Below the pieces are notes generated by a model. That model did no database searches, had not been told where the DNA came from, and saw only the letters and a list, made by a program, of their open reading frames with translations. A DNA stretch of 61,358 nt, counting the filler, from Platydemus manokwari (taxonomy: Eukaryota), in NCBI GenBank assembly GCA_037951405.1. It is 6 parts of 6 records of this genome, joined end to end, with 100 filler letters (N's around TTAATTAATTAA, not from the genome) between each part and the next. Parts side by side here need not be neighbours in the genome. Positions count along the whole stretch, not along the records: positions 18,524 to 29,587 come from JBBMOY010935530.1; positions 29,688 to 40,701 come from JBBMOY010975528.1; 4 more parts are not named here. One strand, written 5' to 3'. Each line of letters begins with the position of its first letter. The first letter of the stretch is position 1. The translations under genes were made by a program, and so were the position numbers. This document shows, piece after piece, positions 25,886 to 39,600 of this stretch.

Positions 25886-26650
25886 TGTGATGAATGTTAA
25901 TTTGTTGTTTAAACCAACTCAACAGCGTGAGTTTTTTTTACGTATTTTTTGTAATATATCAAAACACTCAAAACTGATAACAAACTATTAATATTAAAAA
26001 TAATATACAAACAAAATAATTTGCTCACACCGTTTAGCTCATACAAAAGAAATTTATTATAAAACAAATAGGTAAGGTTATCTCACAGACCGTGAGAACC
26101 CAAATTTAGACCTTAATAGTTTATTATAGAGTTTAGAATATGTGTATGACTCCTTTAGAGTATGGGTTTTATTCTTTATTTAATTTTTTACCAAAAATAT
26201 TATATTATTCTCGATCCTTTACCTTCTAAACTTTGCTCTGGTTTTACAATTCAAATAAAATCTCGTTTCAGTTTAGCTACTACAGTGTCATATTTTATTG
26301 AGAGTGAATTGTGATGAAAATTCCTCAGCTTATATAGATGCTGAGATTCGGTACTTTGTACCTAGCAATTTCCATCACTCTTATAAAATTTAAACAATTT
26401 TTTCACTTTGGATCTTTAATGTTTATCATTATAAAAGTTCTAAACCTTAAAAATTCTCGATAATTTACCTAACCTTATAAATTTTACTATTATATTTTGA
26501 CATTATAAATTAATTATTAAATTTCTGACATTAAAAATTAAATATCTTATTTCTTTTTCCACTCTTTGATTTATAAAAAATAATATATGGTAATTTATAT
26601 TTTTTCTCTAAAAATAAATCATAAATAATTTGTAATTCATAATCAAAATA
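25886..26650 (-). mobile_element. LTR-like sequence homologous to 49611-50286, interrupting the RT (upper boundary approximate)
   Basis: Shares blocks caactcaacagcgtgag and cagcttatatagatgctgagattcggtac (TATA-like CTATATAAG on the minus strand) with the copy at 49611-50286. It ends in CA on the minus strand exactly where RT similarity begins. Confidence 0.55.
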
Positions 26651-26759
26651 TTTACACAAAATAGTTAAAAATTTCTCAAAATATTGAAATCAAGATAATT
26701 ACAGAAATTCAAAATTCATATTAAAATATCAGTATTTGATCAAATATCAATAAAATATC

Positions 26760-28000
26760 AGTTCCAGATTGTGATCAAATCAAGATTAGAGTCAAAAATA
26801 GGATATAAGTCATTATTGGATTGATGACTGGATGGTACTGGCTGTTCTGGTTTCGAATTCGCAGTTCCGTCGAATCCTTGCTGACATCAAGCGTCTAAAT
26901 ACACGCTCCAGCTTTGGGTAGCCCATGATTCCCATTTTAGACTCGGTTTTATGGGTTTTATCACTATTGTCTCAGGTTTCTTACCTATTGGTATACCGGG
27001 TCTTTGGAGTGTTCTTGGTTTTTTGAACAAATGACTGCTCGTTGATAGTTGTGGGTTTTTCGGTGGTTGTTGTTGTGGTGGTAATTGTGGTTTCTGGGAC
27101 AGCTGCTGTTGTAGGATATGGGGTTTTTTCGTCTTCGCTCTCTTAAATATCTGAATAGAGCACTAGACTTTCCATGATATCCCAACACTGTATATGTTTT
27201 CCATTCCTCTGGTATTTCTTGGTTATCTTGTGTATGATTTTTGTCTTAGGGTCTGCATATAGAAAAACTTTATAATTGATATAATTTTTTTCACGAGCAC
27301 TTGGGTCCTTTTTCCAAGGGATTGTATAAATTGTTTCTGTTTCTATTATGCTGAAGTCAAAATTTTGGCTCCTTTTAGTAAGTTTCTTTAGTGAACAATC
27401 AGGAAGATCTGCTTTTTGCTTCTGTTTTTTTTCGAAATGTTTTTCGAAGTCTATTTGAATAGGTCGACAGTCAACTTTTGTGTATTGCGTGTCTAATTCT
27501 AAGACAACAGATGAGGCCTGGTTAAACAGTCTCCTTAGTTTTAGATCAGTTTCACCTCTTTCTTCATCATTAGCCCTACCCAAGTATGTGCGACTTGATG
27601 ATTTAATTGTACAGACACAGCGAATTCACAGTATTTGCCAAACATTTCATCTACTGTTTCATTTGTAAAGTTGTTGGCCACTCCTTCTGCTAATGATATC
27701 CTGATTTCAAATGTATTTTTGGGCAATTATCAGGAATGCACATTAGTTGTTCCTCTATCTTGACCTTCCATTCATGCTCGAGGATCGCCTTATTTGCTCT
27801 TTTCTTTATTGTCTTTATATTTATTCTCATCAGTTGGAAATTATGGCTGAATATCAATGGCCCACTTTCTCCTAAATTGCACTGTATCAGTCTGGGTTTT
27901 GATGGCTTAATTTCTTTAAGACCTTCTTTGTTCCATATCATTATGGAAAGATAAACTACCAATAAATTATCAAATTAAATAAATGAAATTCTATACGCAG
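26760..28000 (-). pseudogene. Frameshifted intronless orphan ORF in env position upstream of the LTR
   Basis: ORFs 27690..27962, 27541..27726 and 27143..27583 overlap end to end. The last frame continues past one stop into PYPTTAAVPETTITTTTTTEKPTT...WESWATQSW. The N-terminus is hydrophobic (FHLFNLIIY/LVVYLSIMIW) and there are scattered cysteines. Confidence 0.45.
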
Positions 28001-28050
28001 TGGTTCTAGTATTTAAAATGATTTCATTTTGGGTGCTCTTTGGTCTAAAT

Positions 28051-28100
28051 CATAGGTTCTCAAACTTTTTCTCTTGTAGACCCCTTACCATGTTTTTCGG
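28051..28100 (+). mobile_element. hAT/Charlie-like MITE terminus fragment
   Basis: CATAGGTTCTCAAACTTTTT...GACCCC resembles the CAGTGGTTCTCAAACT terminal motif. Confidence 0.35.
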
Positions 28101-29472
28101 TTTTGGGTAATCAATACACAGCACGAACAGAAACGAAATTTGAATAGCGACGACATAACAATCATAAAGGCCATTTTCACATAAAAAGTCACGAGAGATG
28201 ACAGTAACTCAAGATTTAATTTTCACATGTCGGTTTAAAAGCAAATTGTCTTGTATTTCATGTGCCATTGGCGTATCTCGATGTTTATTGTCTTTAGTTG
28301 GAGTGCGCCAATTGATTATCGAGTTCTATAAATGGGTTCATATTTATAATGCATCTAATTGGCTTATGGCACACGAGCTTACTGAATCTGTGTACTGATC
28401 CTTGTAGCGTTATTTGAATGGATTATTTAATTATTTTTTAAACATACACACCGAGACATGTCTAAGTGGTTTTAATCAGGAAAAGATGTTAATACCACTT
28501 AACGTATTCAGAAACTCAGATATAATTAATATCGTTGATGTTTGATATCTACTAAAGCTGAATATTCAAAATGGTAAATATAATCACAAAGTTTCACTCT
28601 GAAATGATTAAGATAATAATTATTAATTAATCTATATCACAATTTCAAACTAAAAACTTCTAATTTTATTCAAAGAGTTTTGTTGCAAAAAACTTCATAA
28701 ATAAACCAGAAAAGTATTCTAGAATGGTGTGGAAATAAAACCGAAATTGCACATTTATTTATTATTTATCAACTATTACGAATGATTTTGTTGGATAATT
28801 TAGAATTATCAACTTTAATATTAAGGTAAGAAACCCACAGCAGAATCAAGCTTAAAACAACAACACATCAGAACATTAGCGGAAGATTTCGATTTGGCTT
28901 ATGATAATGTAGGATGATTATATTTTTATTATCATTATTTCTAATTATATATAAACATAATGAATTATTTCAGTATTAAATAAAACTTTTCTAAATTTAA
29001 CTCAAAATTTTGATTACATGTGAAATAATTATTCGATTTAAAAATAATGTTTCATATACTAATGATTATTATAAGTAGAATAAAAATGAATATTTAATTT
29101 ATTTATTTTTATTATAAGTATGACAAATGTTGAGCATTAATTTTCAATCAGGTTGAAAGCACTTCGGAACTTTTTAAAGAATGCAGGTGGATACAAATTC
29201 AAAGAATTCAAACAAACAATGTTTTCGTATGAATTTTAATATTATATATACAACGTAATCACATTTTATGTTATTATCGTTTAAAATTACGTAATTATGG
29301 ATTTTTTAATAATTTTAATTATAATTTTATAAGAACACTAATTGTCATTCATATCATTTTAATATAATGATATTTACATACACATACTAATGTTCAGTTT
29401 GACATGAAGCAAGCAATATTGTTTTTCTAAAATAATATTATCGAACTATTTGAAAATAATGGTGATCTACAT

Positions 29473-29587
29473 CAGTGATTTCAAAAGCGGTCCATATCAA
29501 CCCCCAAGGATCGATGAAGACCCGCAAAGGGTCTACGTAGGTTAGAAAAATTGAGGAATCAATGGGAAGAATTGATGAAAAATCCTT
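29473..29587 (+). mobile_element. hAT-like element terminus (cut by contig end)
   Basis: CAGTGATTTCAAAAGCGGTCCATATCAACCCCCAAGGATCGATG is a CAGTG-type terminus with a subterminal ACCCCC/GGGTC palindromic motif. Confidence 0.45.
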
Positions 29588-29687
29588 NNNNNNNNNNNNN
29601 NNNNNNNNNNNNNNNNNNNNNNNNNNNNNNNTTAATTAATTAANNNNNNNNNNNNNNNNNNNNNNNNNNNNNNNNNNNNNNNNNNNN
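29588..29687. other. Artificial contig spacer
   Basis: 44 N + TTAATTAATTAA + 44 N. Confidence 0.97.
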
Positions 29688-31692
29688 ATTGTTTGAAAGC
29701 CTTATCATCAACCTCCTATAAGAGTTAAAATATAAATCGATAAATGTATGGTACTTTCTTAAAGAACACGTTTTAAAATTATAACTTCAATATAATCATT
29801 GAATATTAAATATAATGTGCATTAGAAGATCAACATCAACATATTAAAGCCTAATTCTTCATGAATATCTATAATCAGTTTTTCTTTAAAAAGCTTGGAC
29901 TATAAGTAGAGATAAGTTGCTTAGTGAATTCCTCGAACTGCTAACACCCTTGCCACATTTCCTGTTTTACTAGAAACAGGATTTCAATGACATAACTGAA
30001 TGTACAATTGTTCAGATTAATGGTTAAAACAACAAGAAATAATGATCATCAACATTGTTAGTTTTTCATTAATTTTGTATCACACAACAATCCCATTATT
30101 TTTCATTGGTATTATGAGGTACAATCTAGTATAGAAATCACTAATTTCATTTCATCATACATTGCCTCAACTAAAATTTCGCAGAATAATTATTTTCATA
30201 TTTTGATATTTTTATCATCGACGTAATGAGTAATGTCCTCGGTTGAAAAATGTCATCAATATTTGGATAATTTATTTGCTAACATCATCCAATGCAGAAC
30301 TATAATCTGCAGTTCTAATAAATGGATATATAAAATTGATTAGAGCCAAACACATTAGTTAATAGAGTGATTAATAGCTCTATCTTTAATGGCTAATTTG
30401 AAGAATCACTCAATGGCAAGCAATATCCAATGCAAATCGCTCGAGATTTAATAACCTTTATTTGCCATATACAGTTTCTTTTGAACTGATAAAATTGCTT
30501 TACAAAAATCAAAATGGAGAATTAAATTGAAATATCTATGATGTAAATAAATTTGTATAAACAAATTTCTATCATTTTTATCAAGCATAATTGCCTGAAA
30601 AGCAAGTGAAATTGGGTGCTATGAAAAACTAATTAAGTGCAAAATAGTAGCTGAATTTTACTATTATTTATTATGAAACTATTAGTATAGACAAACAACA
30701 ATGTTTTTAATTGAATTTATTTATTTTCTTTCAATTTCTCAAGTTATTCATTCGAATAATAATAACAACAATAATAAAACATTGATGTTAATGTTCATAT
30801 TAATCGTAATAATTAAAATAATTTCTGGTAATATTTTTAAATTTAAATTATTATATTTCAATTTCAAGTTACTTTAAAACCATCAATCAAATGAAAGTAA
30901 TACCAATAATGATGTTGACTACGTTTGTGAGTGAATTAGAAATTTCAGGAAAAAAATTAACATAAAAAAATATTTTTCTAAATATTGTTACATAAATTTT
31001 CGGGTGTTCCTCACAGTCGAAAAACAAGAGTTTTTGGTGGGAATACTTATTAAATTACTGAAGATCGCAACAACTTGCCTGGTGATGGATTGGCTTTTAA
31101 TGCATTCTGATTGATGTTTATCATTTAATAAAACTTTAAATACGCTATTTTAAAATTTGAATCCACGACTTTTTTTCACTTATTCTCTGTCAATTATTAA
31201 TCACCATATACCTCTCATGATAAATATATTTTATCGTTAAAATCGCAAAGATAAATTAATAAGATTTTTACACTTTAAATACACTACGTCCACCAGGAAG
31301 GATTTTCCATTGAATATTCACTTTTCTTTAAAATATTCATGATGTGACAACGTTTTATAAAATGCGGTATTTCGAAATATATAACTGATACTTATAACAA
31401 TAATAAAGAAGGATAATAGATTTATTTTGAATTGTCAATAATAAGATGAGTCTCGGACAGAAAGTGGCCTTTTGTATAGAATCGAAAGAAAGCATAAAAA
31501 TGTTAAAAGTAACATACAGTGGTTTGTAGGCATAATATAGCACTAGAAATATATCCAAATAATTCATAAAGAATTTATTATATGCAAAAACAGCCTCATT
31601 ATCTGGAATACTTGGACAAAGTAAACTGCATAATTTATTGGAGCTACAGAAAGATTTTCTTTATTGATTAAATGAGTTTGAAATTATTTATA

Positions 31693-31800
31693 GCCGCTAC
31701 TATTTTATAAAGCATGCACAGAAAGCTAATTGTAAAAGTCACAACATCGAATTTTATATTAAAAAACAATAATTTAAACAAATTAATATCTTTTAATATT
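31693..31800 (+). repeat. Interspersed repeat (similar to 40371-40470)
   Basis: gccgctactattttataaa...aaaagtcacaacatcgaatt...atttaaacaaattaatat aligns by eye with the HUWE1 intronic copy. Confidence 0.6.
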
Positions 31801-34800
31801 AATTTATGTGTAGGATTTTGGGATCGACCGTTTTCTTTTACTCTTATTATTTGTTTTTAACTTTAACTTGTTTTGACAATATCTGAATCTTATCAGCTTC
31901 TTGGTGTTCTCACAACCCTTAGATATCTGCTTAAGCTAATATTTTGGTGTTCCTTCACCTCAATCAATTCTAATCCACTTATGAACACGGGATGAGTGGC
32001 TCTAGGTATTGTTTCTATTGTCCTAACTCTATTTACTAAACTATCAGTCTCGTTAAGCCTCTTTTGTTCCTTCCAAAAAGGTAATGAGTTTGACAATGAA
32101 ATGATTCCTCAGGGCACTTGCCAAATCTAATATCAAACTAAACTTGATACTGAATTTTTTTATTTGCTTTTATACACGTAAACGACGACCTTTGTACGAC
32201 AATTCTGGAAGAAGCTCAGACTATAATGCTCCTAAAAGGAATAAAACTAATTGTACAAGATGGTTAAGATTGACTCGATAAATAGGAAATAAATGATTAT
32301 TGTAAATGATGTATGATTTTACGCGTATTGTATCTTACTACGTTTTCTCCAATTTGAGGCTTTGACTCTGCAGTACAATTGATTTTTCAGTCATAAATGG
32401 GCATAAGCTTTTGAGAGTAATGGCGAAAATCTAGCTAACTTTTATGACTTGCGATTTCGAATTATTTAGCTTCGTATAACGGTTTACTAGTGGTTTCGAT
32501 AGAACAAGGCTACTTTTGTTATAAGCCTATTTATACTGATTTTATTCCGAGCTAATTTCCATTAAAATGCGAGTCTTATTTATTTATTCTTATGGATTTT
32601 CGTTTTAATGTGGGTTTTCATTATGTGAAAATTGTTATCTATATTTCCATCAAATGGGTTTAATTTATTATATTTGTTGCCAAGCCGTAATAAAGGGGCG
32701 ATTTATTATTTCAATTTATCGGGTATTTTATAACTGTCATTTTTTTATATTCAATAGGGGTGATTTTTGACATCTAATGAGAGTAATTTATTAGTTACTA
32801 GGACTTATTTTAAATTGGTTTTCTCTCTTGAAAGATTAAATTATATAATTATTATACGAAAATGTAATAATAATTATTATTTTATTTCTTTTACTTTATT
32901 ATTATTATTATTATTTTGTTCTTTTATAAATAACCATAGTGACTTTTCCGGAATGATAAAAATATAATTAGAATAAAAAATTGCTGTTACTATATACCAA
33001 TACAGGGGTGAGTTTTGTACAATATACCAAGATTAAGAATAAAAATTTCATGCCAACACATACAAAAGGAGTCAATATCTCCAGATAATTGTCACATTGA
33101 TTTTCATCGGATTGATTTCCCAAAACCCCAACAATAAAATGAATTATCGTTTTAATATTTCTCGTAGGAATCATGGAAATAATCAGAACCAGTTTAAGTA
33201 GAAGTGTGCCGTTTAAAGTTGGATAAGTTTAAAGTTGGATAAGTTTAAACTACAAGTAAGGTAATTTTTCATTAGAAGTAATTGGCTTTGATAATTGACT
33301 TAATGCGCAGGGTTGTCGATAAGCAATATTGGTTTATTCGTCAAAATAATTGTCACTATTCGATTTATTTAGAAATTGTCAACATTTATTTTTTGTTTAA
33401 TTATTCCGAATTGTTTACATATGGTTTAATGTATCTTTACTTTAAGTTTTATTTCTTTGATTTATTTTGATCTCAATTGCTTTAATTATTATTTTTTTAT
33501 AAATATTAATTATTATTTCTTATAAGAATTTTACCATAAAAATCCAAAAAACAAGAGATAAATATGTGTTTATCAACCAACATGAGAATAGAAGCATGTT
33601 GTCACATTATACATTTATATTCTTGTTACACAGAATCATTTATTATAGCACCAAATATTATATAATAGTGTTTGTCACATTAAATCTCATTGTTATAATT
33701 TAGTTATAATAACGCTGAACTTAAAAATTTTGATAAACTACTAAGCTTGAATGACGATATAATTAAATGTGGTTTGTTAAAAATATTGAAAAAATTGATA
33801 GATTAATTTGGCTTAGCTAGATATTAGAATTAGGTAGAACTGTAGAACTATGGAATAGTTTTTCGATGTTAGAGCCAACAAAAAATATAAACTCATAACG
33901 GCTCTATCTCATAAATAACAGAATAACTATGAAATTTAATTTAAATTTACAATATCAAAATCAGCATCATTTATAAATAGTAACTCAAGAAGAGATTAGT
34001 CTCTGGTTTGTTTTGGTAGCTTTGATTAGATTTTATAATCTCTCTAATCTTCACAAGGAGAAAAATAATAAAAATTACTGATGAAAAATTTATAATAAGG
34101 AAAACATAATTTGGTTTTTTTATATCTTAAGAATTTTAACATAAGAATATAAACATAGTTAATATTATTATGAACTGATGAAATCATAATTTTTGGTGTT
34201 TGAATTACTGATGAAACAGCGTTGATGTAACTATTTTCTCTTATCATGGCACAATAGTAGAATGATAAAGTGCTCAAATTCACTTTTGATGACGCACAAG
34301 GCCACCAAAGAAAAGTGGACAGCCACAATTTTGAGTCATTGGAGAGAAGTTGCAAGATTTACAGTCATTGCATAAATTGACATTCAAAAGAGATGGGCTC
34401 AGTCTTTGAGAGATTATTTTTACGTAAAACAGATATCGAATAATTGGAGTATCAATTTTGAATTATTAAAACTGAACCTCGAGATGTCAGTCCTGAAGGC
34501 AGCATTCTTGATTGAAAACAATTTAATTTTATACATATTTGCTCTTTATTTCTTTATATTGTTGTACAAATCTGCACAGCTTAGTATTTATTGTGTCATT
34601 TATTTTGAGATCAATTTTTTAGGCTTCTTTCAATCTTGTTTTTGTTTATGGACTCAAAGGTTTATAACATAAGTAGTAATAATAATGTCATATATGTAAA
34701 CTATTTCGTGTTATCATTGAACAAATTTGAGGAGACAAATATGATCAGCAAAGGAATCGCGCAAACAATTATTAAACAAGTCTTGGAAAATAGACGTTTA

Positions 34801-36633
34801 ACCCGAAGATTTCATATCGATATTTACTCGGCACAAAACTTTAAGTCCTGAAACTCAGGGACAAAATCTATTATCGTAACAATTGGAAAATATTTCATGA
34901 TTTAACTTACATCGCTTCACAACTGAATTCACATTGATCCATCTCTAGAAACCATTCCTGATTTATATGAGATACACAATAAGTTATCCATCAATACATT
35001 AATTAAACATACTTTTTTTCTTCCATAATACTGCGATGATTATCAAAATATTATTAAGATTAATAATCTCGGTATATATTCCAGCTACAATTTAACTATT
35101 TGGGGATTTTTGGTACTCGGCTTCTAGACGACACGAGTGGTATTTCAATCATTGAGGTTCTACAGTGTCCTAATATATTTAATCATCTTGTATAATTATG
35201 AGTTTTCCAAAATCATTTAATTTTATTGTTGTTATCGCGTTTCCTATTTATTGATTATTTAATAATTATATTATTGATTATATCATCAATTTTTATCAAA
35301 TTCAAAGCAACTATCGAGTGTCATATTGATTGAATATTAATAAATAAATTGTTTTCCATTGATTAATTTGAGAGCAACACTTTTTGTAGGCCTTGATGTT
35401 TGCGTTTTGTTTTACTGAATTCTGAAATTATCGAAATTTCGTTTACCATTTTATTTGTATTCTTACTAGATATAAGATAATATCTGTACCAGTCTCTACT
35501 ATATTTATAACTCAACTTCTAACAAGAATAAAATTTATTCGACTGAAAGTTGTTACAAAATAATTATTCTCACTATCTACTTTTAAATAAAAATCTAAAA
35601 AAATCAAATTAACTTCAAATTTCGATGTGGTCACACTGTTAAAATACATAAATGGTCTGAGGATGCCCGGAGTAAACAAAATTTATATTTATCAAACATA
35701 AATTATTTTATTACAAGCACCATAATTAGACAATATCAAATTACTCAGTTTAACTCAATCAAAAGTTTAAATCCGAGAACATCAAACTCTTCGAGTTTTA
35801 GAAAGCCTAGGGCAAAAAATTAATTTTCATTTATTGATTTTTAAGTATAAATTTCCTGCCCGGTTCTATCTGCTAACCATTTCATGTGGAGTGAATAGCT
35901 ACCGGCTCAGCTTATCCATAACTTATTTATTTTTCAAATATCTTCGAAAGTTAGAAATATAGCTTAGTCGTGGAGTTTTAATTACATATGTTAATATCTT
36001 TTCAAATTGTACCTTTATACTGGGTACTTCATAGACATATTAATAATATTTGTGTTGTAATCGATATCTATTTAGTTTTTAACTTTGCTAATTGCTAACT
36101 TTATTCAGTAATTCCATACACCTCAAACTGAGTAAATCAGAATCAGCCCTATCATTAGTCAATGCACAGTTTTAATAAAATAATCTCGACAAATTAATTA
36201 AGTACGAAGTATTTTGTAAATGGTATTTTGAGTTATTTACATTATTGTCGCTTGGTTTCCGAAAATAACTTTATTAGTTGTAATAATCTAAATTCTATAA
36301 AGAAACTTTATTATTAAATTTCTTATTACTTTAAATGAACTATTTAAACATTGATCGAATTTTGATTAAATTAATTAGTTTTAAATTAAAATTTTAATAA
36401 ATTATTGATTTAAAATTTTTTCATTAATTATATAATTTATAATTAATATGTTATTTTATTAAATTTTATTATTGTGTTCAAAACAAAGATAAGTTCTAGT
36501 AAATTTAATGCTGTCGTTGTTATAATAAGCATATTAATTTAAATTTCCTATTTATAATTTCACATATAATTTTAATATAATTTTTTAATTTCCTTAGTAT
36601 GACACTTCATTTAAAATTTACATCGTTTTAGAT

Positions 36634-39600
36634 ATGAAAATTGATAGAAAAAAAATTTTCAATCGATGTGGTTTTGATCAACGTGAATGCTATGATTTAG
36701 CAGTAAGATTGGCTGCTCTTAATGAAGAGGATCTTATAAATGAAATTAAAAAAATTAATGTTTGGCATTACGGCAAATGCGAGCTAGGATTATGGGCAGA
36801 TGTCCTAGATAGATTAGATACCATTTTAGCGGAAGGTGTTACTAAAGTGGGACATTGGACATTGAAATTGGATCAAGTTGGCAATGAACATTTAATTGGG
36901 AAAATTATCGCAATATTGGAATTCACTGGTCATTTGATTGAGCATAGTATTTATAGATATCTTTACGGTTCATGGGAACATATTTTATCACTTTTCGGAA
37001 CTTCAAATATGGATATCTTACATGCTCTTTTGGGTTTATTCTACAATTTTAGGTAAATAAATTTTCGCGAATTAAGTTCAAAATTCGAATTTCATATTTT
37101 TAGTAAAAGATCGAATTACTTTTCAAGACTTGATTCAACTAATCGTAAAATTGTTCTCGAAAGATTAGACTCGATTGCAGAAGTATTTTTGAATATTTTA
37201 CATTCTAGATTTTAATTCATAAAATTTTAAATTCAAGAATTGGGGTGGCAAACAGCACGGATTTGGATTAGCGGAATGTTGTGATACGGAATATGTAAGT
37301 TTGAGGAATAGTTGAAATAGTTAAAATTTAAATTGAATAATAATTGGATTAAAATTCAAAAATGATGATTAATGATAATGTGGGAATTTAATAACCATTG
37401 ATCAATAGATGCCATGTTCTGCGGGAACAATGCAATATGAATTCATGCAAGACGTTTCACCATCGTCATCTTCCAAAGAAGAATCAAACCATTCACAAGA
37501 CGTTTTCATCAAACCCAAATGCCATCGTCGAAAACTGACGCTCCGAAATTTACATTTGCAACAGGAATCACCATCGGAATTGATGGAAAACATAATTCAG
37601 AAATATAATCTAACCAATACATCAGATCAAATGGCTCTGTTTGCCAGATTGCGTCTGTGCGTTTATTTCGGCAAACCGGAACAGCGAAAATTGTTGATTT
37701 TTACGCGAATGCAAGCATTGTCGATTTTATGTTTGTTTTGATGATTGTTTATTGGAACGAGATTTTGATTGGGTTGTGTTTTGATATTTGTTAGGCTATA
37801 CGAATGAAGTGGAAGATAAATGCCTTTCATGGGATATTGTTGAGGAACTGGTTGATGTTTTGAAATTACCGAATCGCGAATTTCTCGGAATAAAGGCTTG
37901 TGCATTGCGAACATTGACAGCGATCATTCATTGTGGTAAATTGGCATCATGGTGAGTGTGATGATGGCGAGTTATCATTATTATTATTATTAATAACGCA
38001 TTCTAGTTGGCCAGTATTGAAAACTATGACGGGAATGAGCAGTTATCATGGTCATTTTCCAACCATGATGCGAGAATGGATCAGCGATTTAGTCCAGGCC
38101 AAATTTCAGCCATATGCCAGCACCGTCGAACAAATGTATACGACGGCGATTTTATCGTTTCTTTATCATTTAGCATGTACAAATGAGGTGACATCGACAA
38201 GTATGATTATATTTGTCTATATGATAATAATAATGATTATATTTCTCCATATGATAATAATGATTATATTTGTCCATATGATAATAATAATGATTATATT
38301 TATCCATATGATAATAATAATGATTATATTTCTCCATATGATAATAATAATGATTATATTTCTCCATAAAATAATAATAATGATTATATTTCTCCATATG
38401 ATAATAATGATTATATTTCTCCATATGATAATCATGATTATATTTCTCCATATGATAATAATAATGATAATGATATATTAGATCAAGGAAATCTGATTGG
38501 AACTGGATTATTGGAATCAATGAAGGAAATTATCATGTGGCACACACATGAACCTGATTATATCAGTTTCGCTACGCGAGCTGTTCGCGTCACTGATCAA
38601 ATATTATTATCATTTCAATTAAATGGTAACAGCACCAATCAAAAGAGCACCATTGATGCTATTGTTGATCGATTGAAATTCGAGATCAAGATTTGTCTCA
38701 ATTCGGAAATTGATGAGGTTTGTTGATTGATTGAGTTGTGATTTGGATTAAAATATATTTATCGATTACATCAGGGAACGAAAAAGAGCGTTGCACTCAA
38801 CACACAGAGAGTGGGATTCATCAAATCCATGTTAAATCTCATCAAGCGATTGATTCTCGATAATGAATGGTCGGATACGCTTCAAACCACAATGGATGGC
38901 GAATTGCCGGATATTTTACGCTTGATATTTATGAATTACACAACCAAATTCAATCCTCAATTATGTTTGTTCTCCATGGAAGTGATCACGAATTTCGTTT
39001 ACAATCACCCATCGAGCATGTCTGCCATGCAGGAACGGCAATTGACAAAGGATATTTTGCGCACACTGACAGAACAACCATTACCGGTCAATCGCGATTT
39101 TCTCGTCACTTTACCAACATTATTGTCAGCATTATCCATCAATATTCGCGGTATTAATGAGATAAGAGAGAGCAAAATCATTGATAAATATATCAAAACA
39201 TTAACCGATTCACGATTCGTCACAGCAATGCGTAATAAACGTATCCGTGAAATGATGACACCATCTGATAGCACAGATACAGCAACAACCAATCACAGCC
39301 ATCCATCAACACCCACCTCATATCAGATGAGCAATGCTATGAATGAATTAGCTCGAGCTAATGCTTCTGTATTTAAACCAATTATATATGATGCTATATC
39401 GAAGGTTGTTGTTTTGAATTGTTTATTTTATTGATTATCAATATATTGATTGATTGTGATGTTTGAATTGATTGGATCAATGATCACATGATCTCTTTGG
39501 TATCAATTATTATTATTATTATTATTGTTAGTATAAATATTATTTTTATAAATATTATTTATTATTTTATAAATATTATTTATTATTTTATAAATATTAT

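Noticed and set aside
29700-30630. Decayed coding-like region on the minus strand
   Set aside because: Many stops and no identifiable domain.
31893-32130. Possible reverse transcriptase fragment (VP*GII, RYLRV)
   Set aside because: The motif spacing is too short and no YADD-like motif is present.
37933-38520. ORFs with MIIIMIIFLH and YYHMEKYNH repeats
   Set aside because: These are read-through into, or the antisense of, the intronic minisatellite of HUWE1.
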